Origin: Clostridia bacterium
Lineage (GTDB): Bacteria; Bacillota; Clostridia; Oscillospirales; CAG-272
Direction: 5' to 3'
Length of the DNA: 64,000 nt
Assembly (NCBI GenBank): GCA_017447775.1
Contig: JAFSMU010000014.1
Span: forward strand, 5,718 to 69,717
The notes beneath the pieces are model-generated. The model ran no database searches and had not been told where the DNA came from. It was given only the letters and a program-made list of their open reading frames with translations. This document shows, piece by piece, positions 62,843 through 64,000 of the stretch. Position numbers and translations under genes: made by a program. Within the stretch, counting starts at the first letter, position 1. Every line of letters begins with the position of its first letter.

Positions 62843-63998
62843 AAACTATGAAAAGCTTGACGGCGGCTATCTTTTTGCCGAAATTGCAAAGCGGGTGAGA
62901 TCGTATGAGGAAAGAAACGGCAAAAAGCCGCTCAGCCTCGGCGTCGGCGACGTTTCACTGCCGCTGTCGCAATGCGTCGTTACCGCGATGAAAGAGGCCG
63001 CAAACGAAATGGGGCGCGCCGAAACGTTCCGCGGGTATCCGCCGTATTTCGGGTACGATTTTCTGCGCGGCGCGATACGCCGCCACTATGCGCGTTTTGG
63101 CGTTTTGCTTGACGACGATGAAATATTCGTGTCGGACGGCGCGAAAAGCGACAGCGCAAACTTTGGCGATATACTCGGCGATGCGCCCGTTTTTGTGTGC
63201 GATCCCGTCTATCCCGTCTACGAGGACGCAAATATTATGGCGGGGCGGCGCGTAACGCGCATCAGCGCCGCAAAGGAGAACGGTTTTGTCGTTTCAGCCA
63301 AAGACTTCAGCGCGGAGAGCGCCGTTATTTATTTATGCTCGCCGAACAATCCGACAGGCGCCGTGTACGACAAAAACGTGATGTCGGAATGGGTTGAAAA
63401 AGCGAAAAGCAGCGGTTCGCTTATTATTTTCGATTCGTCGTATCAGGCATACATCGTCGGGGATGAGCCGCGCTCGATTTTTGAGATAGACGGGGCGGAC
63501 GAGTGCGCCGTTGAGATATCGAGTCTGTCGAAAACGGCGGGGTTTACGGGCGTGCGATGCTCGTGGACCGTCGTTCCGAAAAATCTTCTTTCGCGCGGGC
63601 GCTCGATAAACGAAATGTGGGCGCGCCGCCAGTCGACAAAGTTCAACGGCGTTTCATACGTTACTCAGCGCGCGGCGGAGGCCGCACTCTCATACGCAGG
63701 GTATGAAGAATGCAGAAAAAACATTGACTATTATATGGAAAACGCGCGCCTTATAATGCGGGCGCTGAGTGAAAAAGGCGTTTATCACACCGGCGGCAAA
63801 AATTCGCCGTACGTCTGGGCAAAATGCCCGAGAGGTCTTAGTTCCCGCGAGTTTTTCGACGCGGCGCTCGAATGCGGCGTCGTCTGCACGCCGGGATCGG
63901 GGTTTGGCAGTGCGGGCGAAGGATATTTCAGGCTTACGGCGTTCAATACGCGCCAAAACACAATAAATGCCACATCGGCGCTTTCATCAATTTTGTGA
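62823..63998 (+). CDS. dapL: LL-diaminopimelate aminotransferase
   Basis: INENYEKLDGGYLFAEIAKRV is a typical DapL N-terminus. NPTGAVY and SLSKTAGFTGVRCSWTVVP carry the PLP lysine. The start is at ATG 62823. Confidence 0.85.
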   Translation: MNVPINENYEKLDGGYLFAEIAKRVRSYEERNGKKPLSLGVGDVSLPLSQCVVTAMKEAANEMGRAETFRGYPPYFGYDFLRGAIRRHYARFGVLLDDDEIFVSDGAKSDSANFGDILGDAPVFVCDPVYPVYEDANIMAGRRVTRISAAKENGFVVSAKDFSAESAVIYLCSPNNPTGAVYDKNVMSEWVEKAKSSGSLIIFDSSYQAYIVGDEPRSIFEIDGADECAVEISSLSKTAGFTGVRCSWTVVPKNLLSRGRSINEMWARRQSTKFNGVSYVTQRAAEAALSYAGYEECRKNIDYYMENARLIMRALSEKGVYHTGGKNSPYVWAKCPRGLSSREFFDAALECGVVCTPGSGFGSAGEGYFRLTAFNTRQNTINATSALSSIL

Positions 63999-64000
63999 GG

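Noticed and set aside
1-64000. A search by eye for CRISPR arrays, tRNA/rRNA genes, IS elements, integrases, phage genes and toxin-antitoxin pairs.
   Set aside because: None was found. The intergenic spaces are short and are accounted for by promoters, terminators and two leaders. A tRNAscan/Infernal/ISfinder run would be needed to exclude small elements formally.

Overview
The window reads as a gene-dense chromosomal segment of a moderately high-GC, endospore-forming Firmicute. That call rests on spoIIE, spoIVB, an SLH-domain surface protein, and the efp, rny and mnmG-rsmG context, and is an inference from gene content only. I support about 55 protein-coding genes. I found no rRNA, tRNA, CRISPR array, transposase or integrase by eye.

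Most of the window is housekeeping:
- gdh (truncated at the window start), the ymdB / sbcD-like / M24 peptidase / efp block, and rlmH-mnmG-rsmG-rny
- spoIIE and spoIVB
- a co-directional lipase-glpK-lipid kinase-ABC/GldG/DUF4340 array
- an 8-ORF shikimate/Phe/Tyr supraoperon (pheA-aroB-aroC-aroE::aroK-aroQ-aroA-tyrA-DAHP synthase)
- a glycan block (GH27, GH2, GH95, galactokinase)
- metal genes (DtxR-like regulator, ZIP, mgtE)
- a dapA-dapB-dapF-dapL lysine operon

Observations most worth a second look:
1. A 1916-aa SLH-domain protein (51601..57351) has strong expression signals and a distinct synonymous codon usage. Its C-terminal ~253 aa recur at about 70% identity in a small PT-linker lipoprotein 33 kb away (18007..19101). 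That lipoprotein sits in a three-gene cluster after rny.
2. An orphan 593-aa protein carries a canonical prepilin leader.
3. A ~228-nt structured mgtE leader has an SD-sequestering terminator. An unannotated 25-27-aa hydrophobic ORF lies between mgtE and its terminator.
4. A Noc/ParB-like protein lacks the central HTH.
5. A PD-(D/E)xK (sce7726-like) gene overlaps the end of a GH95 gene.
6. A single-base frameshift is likely at the 3' end of an MBL-fold gene.

All homology calls come from motif recognition on the supplied translations, with no database search. Promoter and terminator calls are pattern matches.
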